From assembly GCA_963843375.1 (NCBI GenBank), contig CAWJKT010000015.1, forward strand, positions 102,396 through 166,395: a stretch of 64,000 bases of DNA, given 5' to 3'. Shown here in pieces: positions 47,341 through 56,709 of this stretch; position 1 is the stretch's first letter; each line of letters begins with the position of its first letter. The notes below the pieces were generated by a model. It was not told the DNA's origin, made no database searches, and was given only the letters and a program-made list of their open reading frames with translations. The translations under genes and the position numbers were made by a program. The DNA is from an uncultured Pseudomonadota bacterium. GTDB taxonomy: Bacteria > Oederibacteriota > Muellerivitia > Muellerivitales > Muellerivitaceae.

Positions 47341-48285
47341 ATGCGGAAGCCGGATGATGAGTTAAAGATTAATATCTCTGAACTCTTTGGAGGGGATTTA
47401 CCGAGCCCTTCTGAAATCTTGGAAGACATTACAACCGACGAGCCTTTCACTGTTTCTCCAGCACAATCGGGAATTCCTTCGGAAATAGAAAATCAATTTC
47501 ATGAATGGATGGATCAGCGCAACCAAAAACTGGAAGCTCACACTTTAGAATTAGAACGAAAACTGAAAGAAGCGACTCCTCCTGAAGGTCCCCCTATTGA
47601 TACTCTTGAACCCCTTACGATCCAAGAGATCACAAACAATACTGATGCGCCACCTGAAACAAAACGCGTCTTATCCGATTCGCCAGTTGATTTTGACGCT
47701 CCCATTGCTGCTCCTTTTATGGGCGCGGCAGCAAGTTCAGGAGTTTTGCAAAATCAATTGGTCGAAACATCGCAACCCACCGTAGAGGATCCGGCTCTAA
47801 AATCAGTACAAAACAATGATGATTTAAGAAAAGTCCAAGCGGAGCATGAATTCTTGATGCTTTATGATGAATTTCGAACCATTATCCTATACGAGTTGAA
47901 GAACTTGGTTGGAGAAAAGAAAACTTTGACGATGCTTGGAAGAACGGTTGAATTGGCCCGAGAAAAGTTTCCGGAAATATTAAGAAACGTCAATTGGGAT
48001 TTTAAAGGCAATTTGTTGGAAGATGGCTCGATGGAAGGGCAAAGAATTATTGAGAACAAAAAAACCATAGATCCGAATAAAGCTGAAGAAGTTGTCGATG
48101 CCGCCTTGTCCGGATTATTAAAGCTTCGACTTCAGGCGATAGAAAAGGGTTTGGGTACTGGACTCAAAAATAAGGTTCGTGCCCGTATGTATCAATGGAT
48201 AAGCGAAAAAACTCAAAAAGCCGCCAGTGAAGGCAAGGATGGGTTGATTTTAAAACGCTTAAGTGGTTATGTGGCCGCAACTTAG
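47341..48285 (+). CDS. Hypothetical protein (acidic Pro-rich N-half, helical C-half)
   Basis: Intact 314-aa ORF with RBS and upstream TTGACA-18-TATGAT. Confidence 0.75.
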   Translation: MRKPDDELKINISELFGGDLPSPSEILEDITTDEPFTVSPAQSGIPSEIENQFHEWMDQRNQKLEAHTLELERKLKEATPPEGPPIDTLEPLTIQEITNNTDAPPETKRVLSDSPVDFDAPIAAPFMGAAASSGVLQNQLVETSQPTVEDPALKSVQNNDDLRKVQAEHEFLMLYDEFRTIILYELKNLVGEKKTLTMLGRTVELAREKFPEILRNVNWDFKGNLLEDGSMEGQRIIENKKTIDPNKAEEVVDAALSGLLKLRLQAIEKGLGTGLKNKVRARMYQWISEKTQKAASEGKDGLILKRLSGYVAAT

Positions 48286-48292
48286 GTCGAAG

Positions 48293-48321
48293 TTGACAAG
48301 GTGAAAAACCAAAGATAAAAT
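48293..48321 (+). promoter_or_regulatory. sigma70 promoter upstream of rph
   Basis: TTGACA-17-TAAAAT. Confidence 0.75.
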
Positions 48322-48355
48322 TCAGTCCACTTTTAATCTATTCGGTTATGCCCCG

Positions 48356-48396
48356 ACCCCGTCTTGTCAGTGAAAGCAAGATGGGGTTTTTTCTTT
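48356..48396 (+). terminator. Rho-independent terminator or attenuator before rph
   Basis: ACCCCGTCTTG/CAAGATGGGGT stem followed by a T run. Confidence 0.75.
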
Positions 48397-48421
48397 ATTG
48401 TTGGAGAAGTGAGGAGAAGTT

Positions 48422-49144
48422 ATGTCCGTAATGATAAGACCAATTCAATTTATCCGGAATTTTACGAAATACGCCGAAGGTTCGGTTTTGGTATCGATGG
48501 GAAATACAAAAGTCCTTTGCACGGCTTCCGTTTCCGAAGAAGTTCCGCCGTTTTTAAGAGGGAAAGGCAAAGGATGGGTAACAGCCGAATACTCAATGCT
48601 TCCCAGATCCACGATTGAAAGGATTCCTCGAGACGCCGTAAAAGGAAAAATTAACGGGCGAACACATGAAATCCAAAGACTGATTGGCAGGTCCTTGCGA
48701 TCCATTGTTGATCTTCAAAATTTAGGAGAAAGACAGATCCTGTTGGATTGTGATGTGATTCAAGCCGACGGAGGTACCCGAACGGCTTCGATTAATGGAG
48801 CCTATGTGGCCTTGGTAGATGCTTTGGCGGGGTTGGAAAGGAAGAAGCTGATCGCTCAAACGCCCCTTCGGGAACCCGTTGCGGCCATTAGCGTTGGAAT
48901 CGTAGATGGGAAACCCGTTCTCGACTTGTGTTATGAACAGGATTCAAACGCGGATGTTGATTTTAACGTAGTTATGACGGCTTCTGGTAAATTTGTTGAA
49001 TTACAAGGTACGGCGGAAAAAAATGCCTTTTCGCGAAAGCAGTTGGACGCTCTTTTGAAGTTGGCGGAAAATGGAATCAAACAAGTCATGAGGGCACAGG
49101 TTAAAGCCTTAAAAAATGAAAAAATTAGTCATCGCCACGCATAA
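48422..49144 (+). CDS. rph: Ribonuclease PH
   Basis: [41 protein letters not shown]. Confidence 0.98.
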   Translation: MSVMIRPIQFIRNFTKYAEGSVLVSMGNTKVLCTASVSEEVPPFLRGKGKGWVTAEYSMLPRSTIERIPRDAVKGKINGRTHEIQRLIGRSLRSIVDLQNLGERQILLDCDVIQADGGTRTASINGAYVALVDALAGLERKKLIAQTPLREPVAAISVGIVDGKPVLDLCYEQDSNADVDFNVVMTASGKFVELQGTAEKNAFSRKQLDALLKLAENGIKQVMRAQVKALKNEKISHRHA

Positions 49145-49709
49145 TCGGGATAAGTTTGCTGAAATGAAAGTAGCCCTGTCTGGAATTGGCTGGGATATTA
49201 TTCCGGCTTATGATTTTTTAGGGGTTCCGGAAGTAATAGAAAATGGACGAACACTTGAAGAGAATTCTCTAAAGAAGGCCCTGGAAATTTCGAAATTTAC
49301 CCAATTGCCATCGCTGGCGGATGATACGGGATTATTTGTCGATGCCCTCCAAGGCGCTCCTGGAATTTACGCGGCCCGTTTTGCGGGCGAAAATTGTACC
49401 TATTTGGATAATGTCAACAAGCTTTTGTTTTCTTTAAAAGATGTACCGGAAAAAGGGAGAAGGGCCGTTTTTCGAACTGTTATCACTATTTTTTATCCTA
49501 CTGATGAAATGGACCAGGTTGTTGGAGAAGTCGAGGGTTCGATTACGTTGAAACCGATGGGGAAAGACGGTTTTGGTTACGATCCGATTTTTTTACCCGT
49601 GGGAAATAAGAAGGTATTTGCAGAAATGAAATTGGAAGAAAAAAACAAAATAAGTCACCGAGGGAAGGCCGTCCAAAAAGCAAAGGAGCTGTTAACGAAA
49701 AGGGTTTAA
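49116..49709 (+). CDS. rdgB: Non-canonical purine NTP pyrophosphatase RdgB/HAM1
   Basis: [29 protein letters not shown]. Confidence 0.96.
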   Translation: MKKLVIATHNRDKFAEMKVALSGIGWDIIPAYDFLGVPEVIENGRTLEENSLKKALEISKFTQLPSLADDTGLFVDALQGAPGIYAARFAGENCTYLDNVNKLLFSLKDVPEKGRRAVFRTVITIFYPTDEMDQVVGEVEGSITLKPMGKDGFGYDPIFLPVGNKKVFAEMKLEEKNKISHRGKAVQKAKELLTKRV

Positions 49710-49835
49710 AATACTTACGCGAGTTTGCAGAAGCCTGTGTTGCAATGAGAAAAATATTCAATTCTAGCCGACAAGTTAAAGTGTAGATTTCAAATCGGGT
49801 TTATTGTTGAATGAAATACTAAAGATGTCATGAGC

Positions 49836-49907
49836 CGGGGCGTAGCGCAGCGGTAGCGCACTTGGTTTGGGACCAAGGGGCCGTGAGTTCGAATCTCACC
49901 GCCCCGA
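49836..49907 (+). tRNA. tRNA-Pro(TGG), CCA not encoded
   Basis: CGGGGCG/CGCCCCG acceptor, CTTGG-TT TGG GA-CCAAG. Confidence 0.93.
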
Positions 49908-50016
49908 CTGATGACATCTAATAGACGGATCAGTTTCTTCGAAATTAATAAGATGAAACAAGGTTGACGAGAATTGTTTTCCAGAGGCGATTTATGGGGC
50001 CTCATTGGATTTAAAG

Positions 50017-50093
<77 letters not shown>

Positions 50094-50288
50094 TCTATCG
50101 TTTTTTTCATAAGATTGTCCTTGGCAAAAGTCTTTAAAGCCCTTTCAACCTTGGCGAAAAAGCCAAATAAAACCTTTACATTTTTCAATCAGACTTTTAC
50201 ACTTTTAGGGCTTTTCGCCCGAAATATTTTTCCTTATTGATGGGCGCTAAAGTTGCCCCTGAGATGATCCGGCGGTGCGGAAGCGTAT

Positions 50289-50366
50289 GGTGGGAGTAGC
50301 TCAATTGGTTAGAGCACCAGATTGTGGATCTGGGGGTTGCGGGTTCGATTCCCGTCTCTCACCCCA
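50289..50366 (+). tRNA. tRNA-His(GTG)
   Basis: G-1, CCAGA-TT GTG GA-TCTGG, CCA end. Confidence 0.96.
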
Positions 50367-50472
50367 TTTGTCATGGTGAAAAAAGTATGCTGGCAAGTGA
50401 GAACTCCTTTATCCATATGCTGTCTGATGGACCGAGAGGCAGGCCTGGTTTTTGGTCGGGTGAAAGGCAAAT

Positions 50473-50549
50473 GCGCCTGTAGCTCAGTTGGATAGAGCGA
50501 CAGATTCCGGATCTGTAGGTCAGAGGTTCGAGCCCTCTCAGGCGTACCA
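50473..50549 (+). tRNA. tRNA-Arg(CCG)
   Basis: ACAGA-TT CCG GA-TCTGT, CCA end. Confidence 0.96.
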
Positions 50550-50588
50550 TTTTTTGTTTTTAATAGGCAAATTGTTTGGCAACGTAAC

Positions 50589-50664
<76 letters not shown>

Positions 50665-50761
50665 TTTTTAGTTCTTGCTGAATCTAAGTTTTTTTGGTGG
50701 CGTTATTTGTCGGTATAAGTGGATGAACTCAAGCCGAATTTCCATGGGACAAAGGGGAATT

Positions 50762-53101
50762 ATGCGTTACGGTTATTTTGACGTTGAGAACAAAGAATAT
50801 GTTATCGAACGGCCAGACACGCCAGTGCCCTGGATGAATTATCTCCATAATGATGAATATTGCGCCTTGATATCAAACAATGGGGGTGGATATAGTTTTC
50901 ACCTTTCAGCCCGGGATAAACGCATTCTGCGATACCGTCTTAATAACATTCCGATGGACAGGCCTGGACGTTACATTTATATCCGCGACGAAAAAACGAA
51001 GGATTTTTGGTCCGCCACATGGCAGCCGGTACTAAAGGATCTTTCTGAGTATCAAACCGAGACCCGGCATGGTTTTGGTTATACTCGTGTCACCTCCACC
51101 TACCAGGGAATTACTTCGGACACCCTTTATGTTGTTCCAGTCAATGACAATTTGGAATTATGGAACATCACATTAACAAACCGTACTTCCTCCACAAAAA
51201 CGCTTACCTTAATCTCCTATGCGGAGTTATGCCTCTTCTTCGCCCAAAACGATATGATTAATTTTCAATACACATATAACATCGCCAAGGCCTATGAGAA
51301 AGGCGGTGTGATTCATCACACAACGATGCTTGAAAATGCCGGCCATTATGCCTTTTTTTCAGCGGACAAAAAGTTCACTTCTTTTGATTGCGATCGTGAA
51401 GCCTTTATGGGCTTATATCACTCAGAAGCCAATCCTAAATCTGTCCTGGATGGAAAATGTTCAGGTTCGACCGCTGACGGGGGAAATCCAATTGCGGCAA
51501 CAACTATCCCGATAATTTTGAAGCCAGGTGAAACAAAATCCGTAACCTATATTTTGGGCGTTGCTTCTTCAGTCGCTGCAGGATCCAAGCTTATCGCCGC
51601 CTATAGCAAAGCGGGAACCGTCGATAAGGTAATGAAAGACCTTAAGTCCCATTGGGAAGGTAAACTAGATTCACTTCAAGTCAAAACACCGGATAAAGAC
51701 GTGAATCTTTGCTTGAATCAATGGAATGCGTACCAAGTCCATACCACGTTCAGTATGTCCCGCGGCCCCTCGATTTATGAGGGCGGTATTGGCCGGGGAA
51801 TGGGATTCCGGGATAGTAACCAGGATGTTCTCAGCGTCATCCATAGCGTCCCCGGGAAGGTCAAAAAACTCATAACAGATTTGGCCAAAAACATGTTTAA
51901 AGATGGGACGGCTTACCATCAATTTTTCCGGTTAACTGGGGAAGGCGATGGGAAAGGATATTCGGACGATCCTCTTTGGATCATTCTTTCGACAACCGCC
52001 TATGTAAAGGAAACGGGTGACTTTAAATTTCTGAATGAGAAAGTGAAGTGGGCCGACGGAGGTTCGGCCACTATGTATGAACATTTAAGAGCGCCCTTGG
52101 ACTATACATATAAGAATGTCGGCGCCCATAAGATTCCCTGCATGGGTTTTGCGGATTGGAATGACACTTTACATATCAACGGGCCTAAGCCCGGTGAAAG
52201 CGTTTGGGTAGCCGAATTTCTTGTTAAATGCGCCCGGGATTTCGCGGAATTGGCTGAAACCCTTGGAAAAACCGCCGATGCAAAAAAATACCGACATATT
52301 GCTGATGACATGGCTGCCCGGACAAACAAAGTTTGCTGGGATGGCGATTGGTATGCCATGGCTTTTGATGGATGGGGAACCATGTTGGGGTCTAAAAAAC
52401 AAACCGATGGGAAAATATATTTAAACACCCAAACTTGGGCGGTCATATCAGGGGTGGCCGATTCTAAACGAGGTCCTGCCTGCATGGATGCCGTTAAGGA
52501 ACATTTGGATTCCAAGTATGGCGTCGCTTTGATGTATCCCGGTTTTAAACATTTTAGCTCACGGCTTGGCGGGGTAAGCACCTTTCCTCCTGGGCTCAAG
52601 GAAAATGGGGGGATTTTCTCCCATGCTAATCCATGGGCGGTCATCGCCGAAACGATCTTAGGGCGGGCTGATATTGCCATGAAATATTACAAACAACTGC
52701 TTCCTACGACGAAGGATCAAATCCAAGAGATTCATAGGGCGGAGCCCTATATTTACGCCCAGGCAATCGCCTCGCGAGAACACCGGGATTTCGGTTTTGC
52801 CCGTAATTCTTGGTTAACTGGTGCAGCTAGTTGGAATTTCGTCGCCGCAACCCAGTATATTCTGGGTATTCGCCCAACCTACTCCGGGTTGATGGTTGAT
52901 CCTTGTATCCCCAAGGATTGGGGCAAGTATGAGGTGACAAGGAAATTCCGGGGTTCCACTTACCATATTGTCGTTAAAAATCCACATCATGTCAGTAAAG
53001 GTGTATCATCAATCTTAATCAACGGAAAGAAAATTTCTGGGAATACAATTCCTGCTCAACGCTCACAGAAATTGAATGAAGTCGAAGTCATTCTGGGATG
53101 A
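50762..53101 (+). CDS. GH94 glycoside phosphorylase, cellobiose phosphorylase-like
   Basis: MRYGYFD..TPVPWMNYL, GIGRGMGFRDSNQD, SDDPLW, ADWND, KENGGIFSH, SWLTGAASW. Confidence 0.92.
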   Translation: MRYGYFDVENKEYVIERPDTPVPWMNYLHNDEYCALISNNGGGYSFHLSARDKRILRYRLNNIPMDRPGRYIYIRDEKTKDFWSATWQPVLKDLSEYQTETRHGFGYTRVTSTYQGITSDTLYVVPVNDNLELWNITLTNRTSSTKTLTLISYAELCLFFAQNDMINFQYTYNIAKAYEKGGVIHHTTMLENAGHYAFFSADKKFTSFDCDREAFMGLYHSEANPKSVLDGKCSGSTADGGNPIAATTIPIILKPGETKSVTYILGVASSVAAGSKLIAAYSKAGTVDKVMKDLKSHWEGKLDSLQVKTPDKDVNLCLNQWNAYQVHTTFSMSRGPSIYEGGIGRGMGFRDSNQDVLSVIHSVPGKVKKLITDLAKNMFKDGTAYHQFFRLTGEGDGKGYSDDPLWIILSTTAYVKETGDFKFLNEKVKWADGGSATMYEHLRAPLDYTYKNVGAHKIPCMGFADWNDTLHINGPKPGESVWVAEFLVKCARDFAELAETLGKTADAKKYRHIADDMAARTNKVCWDGDWYAMAFDGWGTMLGSKKQTDGKIYLNTQTWAVISGVADSKRGPACMDAVKEHLDSKYGVALMYPGFKHFSSRLGGVSTFPPGLKENGGIFSHANPWAVIAETILGRADIAMKYYKQLLPTTKDQIQEIHRAEPYIYAQAIASREHRDFGFARNSWLTGAASWNFVAATQYILGIRPTYSGLMVDPCIPKDWGKYEVTRKFRGSTYHIVVKNPHHVSKGVSSILINGKKISGNTIPAQRSQKLNEVEVILG

Positions 53102-53117
53102 GTGAGGAGGGGCTTGA

Positions 53118-53146
53118 TTGACAGCCCCTGGCGCCCGTGATATAAA
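53118..53146 (+). promoter_or_regulatory. sigma70 promoter for spoVS
   Basis: TTGACA-17-TATAAA. Confidence 0.65.
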
Positions 53147-53190
53147 AATTCGGGTGATGTGGTTGAGAGCGGGGAGAGAAGGAGCCGCGC

Positions 53191-53472
53191 TTGGTCGGGA
53201 TAATGACGCTCAAAGTCGCCGCAAAAAGTAATCCCTCCACCGTGGCTGGAGCCATTGCCAACAACGTGAGAGACGGAAAAAGCGTAGAAATTGTGGCGAT
53301 GGGGCCAGAAAGTATTAACAATACCGTGAAAGCGATCGCGATCGCCCGTGGCTTCTTAAAAGGTGACGGAATGGATGCGAACTTTAAGCCTGAATTTGTC
53401 CACTTGACGATTGAAGGTGAAAAGAAGAGCGCAATTAAATTTTTCTTGAATGTCGAGAAAATCTCAAAATAA
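53191..53472 (+). CDS. spoVS: SpoVS-family protein
   Basis: LKVAAKSNPSTVAGAIA, VKAIAIARGF, IEGEKKSAIKF. Confidence 0.9.
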   Translation: MVGIMTLKVAAKSNPSTVAGAIANNVRDGKSVEIVAMGPESINNTVKAIAIARGFLKGDGMDANFKPEFVHLTIEGEKKSAIKFFLNVEKISK

Positions 53473-53495
53473 CGCAATAAACATTAAACTCTTCT

Positions 53496-53533
53496 AACCC
53501 TAGCCGTTTTTTACGAGCTAGGGTTTCTTTTTT
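53496..53533 (+). terminator. Rho-independent terminator
   Basis: AACCCTAGC/GCTAGGGTT stem followed by TCTTTTTT. Confidence 0.7.
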
Positions 53534-53546
53534 GTGGCGGAATTTT

Positions 53547-53623
53547 GGGCGAATAGCTCAGCTGGTTAGAGCACCTGCTTTACACGCAGGGGGTCACAGG
53601 TTCAAATCCTGTTTCGCCCACCA
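53547..53623 (+). tRNA. tRNA-Val(TAC)
   Basis: CCTGC-TT TAC AC-GCAGG, CCA end. Confidence 0.96.
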
Positions 53624-53687
53624 TGTTTTTCAACAATTTTACGATTTTGAATCTTGGCCTAGAAAAACCCGTTTCAAGGAATGTCCT

Positions 53688-54329
53688 ATGTCTAAAGTCA
53701 AAGTGGCCTCCATCGGGGTTTCTGTCGATGGTTTTGCCGCCGGTCCGGACCAAAGCCTGGAGAATCCTCTGGGGGTTCGTGGCCCGGAGCTGATGAGCTG
53801 GTTCTTCCCAACTAAAGTATTCAAGGATATGCATGGGAGCGGTGGTGGAACGACCGATTTGGACAATCAGTTTGCCGAGAGGTCATTTCAGAACATCGGG
53901 GCGTGGATCATGGGCCGTAATATGTTCGGGCCCATTCGCGGGCCTTGGGTGGATGAATCCTGGAAAGGCTGGTGGGGAGTCAATCCTCCTTATCATGTTC
54001 CAACTTTCGTCCTGACGCACCACTCCCGTCCACCGATTGAAATGGAAGGCGGGACCAAATTTATATTCGTTACAGACGGCATACAATCGGCCCTTAAACA
54101 GGCCCAAAAGGTAGCGGGGGATAAGGATATCCGGATCGGCGGGGGTGTTTCGACCATCCGACAGTTCTTGAAGGCCGGCTTGGTCGATGAGATGCATCTG
54201 GCCTTGAGGGCGGTTATTTTGGGAAACGGCGAAAACCTTTTTTCGGGGCTCGATTTACATGAGTTGGGTTATAAATGCGTTGAGCGCGTTTCCACCCAAC
54301 AGGCAACCCATGTGGTCTTTAAACGCTAA
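53688..54329 (+). CDS. Dihydrofolate reductase-like (RibD C-terminal domain) protein
   Basis: SVDGFAAGP, IMGRNMF, FVLTHH, IGGGVSTIRQFL..LVDEMHL. Confidence 0.9.
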   Translation: MSKVKVASIGVSVDGFAAGPDQSLENPLGVRGPELMSWFFPTKVFKDMHGSGGGTTDLDNQFAERSFQNIGAWIMGRNMFGPIRGPWVDESWKGWWGVNPPYHVPTFVLTHHSRPPIEMEGGTKFIFVTDGIQSALKQAQKVAGDKDIRIGGGVSTIRQFLKAGLVDEMHLALRAVILGNGENLFSGLDLHELGYKCVERVSTQQATHVVFKR

Positions 54330-54452
54330 GAAAAGTATTTAGTTTTCCCCGAAACGGCCGATACCCTCCTGTAAAAGGGGGCCTAGGAACTTATTGTGGC
54401 ACAAGTTTGAATCCACTTTGTTAACCATTTCGGGTTAGTTAATGGCCCGAAA

Positions 54453-55271
54453 TTATTTATTTCTTTTGTCCGATTCCAAAATCTTAAGAGATTTTTCTAG
54501 TTCCTTGACTTCTCGGTTTACAGGTTCTATTTCCATCAAATCCGCATGGTGTTTCAAAAGAGAAACCGCAATCTCAAGAACTCGTTTACGGGCGAAATGT
54601 TTGTGTTCCGCCGCTACCAGATTCCAGGGTGAGTGTGAAGAGTTGGTCTTTTCAAACATTTCCTCGGCGGCTTCCACATATTGATCCCATTGCCTCCGGC
54701 CCTCGATATCCTCAGGAGTGATTTTCCATTGTTTGTATGGGTCCTTTAGTCTTTGCTCAAAACGGCGCAGTTGTTCCTCGGGACTGATGGCTAGGAAGAA
54801 CTTGATTAGGTCGATCCCGTCCTCCACCAGCATTTTTTCAAAACGATTGATTTCCTCAAAAGCCTGCGACCATCGATCCTTGGGAGTAAGCTTTTCCACC
54901 CTTTCCACCAAAACTCTTCCGTACCAGCTTCGGTCGAAAACACAGATATCTCCCGGTTTCGGCAGAACCGTCCAAAAGCGGTAAAGGTAATGACGCCCCT
55001 GTTCTTCAGGCGAGGGAGGGCCGAAGGAATGGACCCGTACGCTTCGGGGATCCAACATGGAAGTCAACCGCCGGATGGTTCCGCCCTTGCCGGATGCGTC
55101 GAATCCCTCGAACAAGACAATGGCCCGCCGTTTTCCATGCCATACCCCCTGTTGCACACGCAACATTTTTAATTGGAGTTTTTCAAGTTCCAATTCGGGT
55201 TCCTTAGAGTCATCCGAGGGGAAATTCTTAGAGGAGAGCAAATCTTTCAAACTTGGATAGGTTTTAGGCAT
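54453..55271 (-). CDS. ppk2: Polyphosphate kinase 2 family protein
   Basis: FEGFDASGKGG, FDRSWYGRVLVERV, KQWKITPED. Confidence 0.93.
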   Translation of the reverse strand: MPKTYPSLKDLLSSKNFPSDDSKEPELELEKLQLKMLRVQQGVWHGKRRAIVLFEGFDASGKGGTIRRLTSMLDPRSVRVHSFGPPSPEEQGRHYLYRFWTVLPKPGDICVFDRSWYGRVLVERVEKLTPKDRWSQAFEEINRFEKMLVEDGIDLIKFFLAISPEEQLRRFEQRLKDPYKQWKITPEDIEGRRQWDQYVEAAEEMFEKTNSSHSPWNLVAAEHKHFARKRVLEIAVSLLKHHADLMEIEPVNREVKELEKSLKILESDKRNK

Positions 55272-55329
55272 GGTAAACCCCCTGTGTTAAGTTTCGGATA
55301 AGAATATCCAAAACCTAGCCCGAGGAAAA

Positions 55330-55361
55330 GATCTCCGGGCAGTCGACGATGCCCGGAGATC
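55330..55361 (-). terminator. Hairpin between adh and ppk2, terminator-like
   Basis: 12-bp inverted repeat GATCTCCGGGCA/TGCCCGGAGATC followed by TTTT on the minus strand. Confidence 0.55.
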
Positions 55362-55372
55362 CTCGTCGATTT

Positions 55373-56453
55373 TCAAGCCTTCAAAATCACCTTCAAAGCG
55401 TTTTCCTTGGCGGCGTTGCCGAAAGTGTCGTAGGCTTTCATGATGTCCGAGAGGGCGAACTTATGGGTTCCCATCTTCTTGGCGTCCAGTTTTCCCGATT
55501 GCAATACCTTTAACAGCATGGGCGTGGTCACCGTATCCACTAGCCGGGTGGTGATGGCCATGTTGCGGTCCCAGAGTTTTTCCAGGTGCAGCTCTGCGGG
55601 CTTGCCATGGACCCCGATGTTGGCGATCCTTCCGCCCGGCGCGATGATGCTTTGGCAGGTTTCGAAAGACGAGGGAACGCCAACGGCCTCGATCGCCACA
55701 TCCACCCCCTCGCCGTTGGTCAACAATTTCACCCGCTCCTCCACATTTTCATCCTTGAAATTGATGGTGTGGGTCGCGCCGAAAGTCCGGGCCACCTGGA
55801 GCCGGTTTTCGTCCTGGTCGATCAGGATGATTTGGGCGGGGGAATAAAACTGGGCGGTCAAAAGCGCCGCCAGTCCGATGGGGCCGGAGCCCACGATGGC
55901 CACCGTGTCTCCCGGCTTCACCTGGCCATTGATCACCCCGCACTCGAAACCAGTGGGAAAAATATCCGAAAGCATGACCAAGGCTTCCTCGTCCATGCCC
56001 AGGGGCGCGTGGTAAAGGCTGTTGTCCGCGTGGGGGATGCGGACATATTGGGCCTGGGTCCCGTCGATCATGTTTCCTAAAATCCACCCGCCGTTCCGGC
56101 AATGGGAATACATCCCCTTCTTGCAATAATCGCATTTCCCGCAGGAGGTGATGCAGGAGATGAGAACATTGTCCCCCTTTTTGAAATTGAGAAACCCCGG
56201 TCCGCATGTCCTCCACTATCGCCGACCGCCTCGTGGCCCAGGATGCGTCCGTCGGTCACGGTGGGCACATCCCCTTTCATGATATGAAGGTCGGTTCCGC
56301 AAATGGTGGAAGTGGTGATGCGGACGATGGCGTCTGTTGTTTCCTTCACGACAGGCTTGGGTTTATCCTCCCAGGACCTTATTGGCCGGGACCGTGATAA
56401 ACCAAGGCCTTCATGATTGTTGTTTTTTTCTCTTCCTTGACGATAGTGGCCAT
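55373..56453 (-). CDS. Zinc-dependent alcohol dehydrogenase (MDR family), frameshifted
   Basis: KALVYHGPG, ICGTDLH, GHEAVG, GSGPIG; GAGGAGG RBS before ATG 56453. Confidence 0.92.
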
Positions 56454-56519
56454 TTTTATCCTCCTCTGTTTTTGCTCTTTTCCTACATCTTTAACTTACG
56501 GTTAAAAAGCTTGGTTCCA

Positions 56520-56535
56520 TATGACCGGAGTCATA
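56520..56535. promoter_or_regulatory. Crp/Fnr-type palindrome serving divergent adh and ppsA promoters
   Basis: TATGAC-CGGA-GTCATA; -10-like TAAGTT (minus, 56498-56493) and TAGGAT (plus, 56557-56562) symmetrically placed. Confidence 0.7.
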
Positions 56536-56709
56536 CCTTTGGGCACCCCGATTACTTAGGATGAAATTGAGGTGATTTTAAAGAGAGTCCCATGAAATCA
56601 TTCGAAGGAAAAATCTAATTAATCACCGGAGCGGGTTAAGGTTTCAGACAAACCACCGCCTTTCCGCCAATTGATGGGGTTATTTGGCTAGATAGTTAAG
56701 GAGATTTAA

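Noticed and set aside
54397..54412. TGGCACAAGTTTGAA as a sigma54 promoter
   Set aside because: Spacing is one base short, there is no GC at -12, and no co-oriented gene lies downstream
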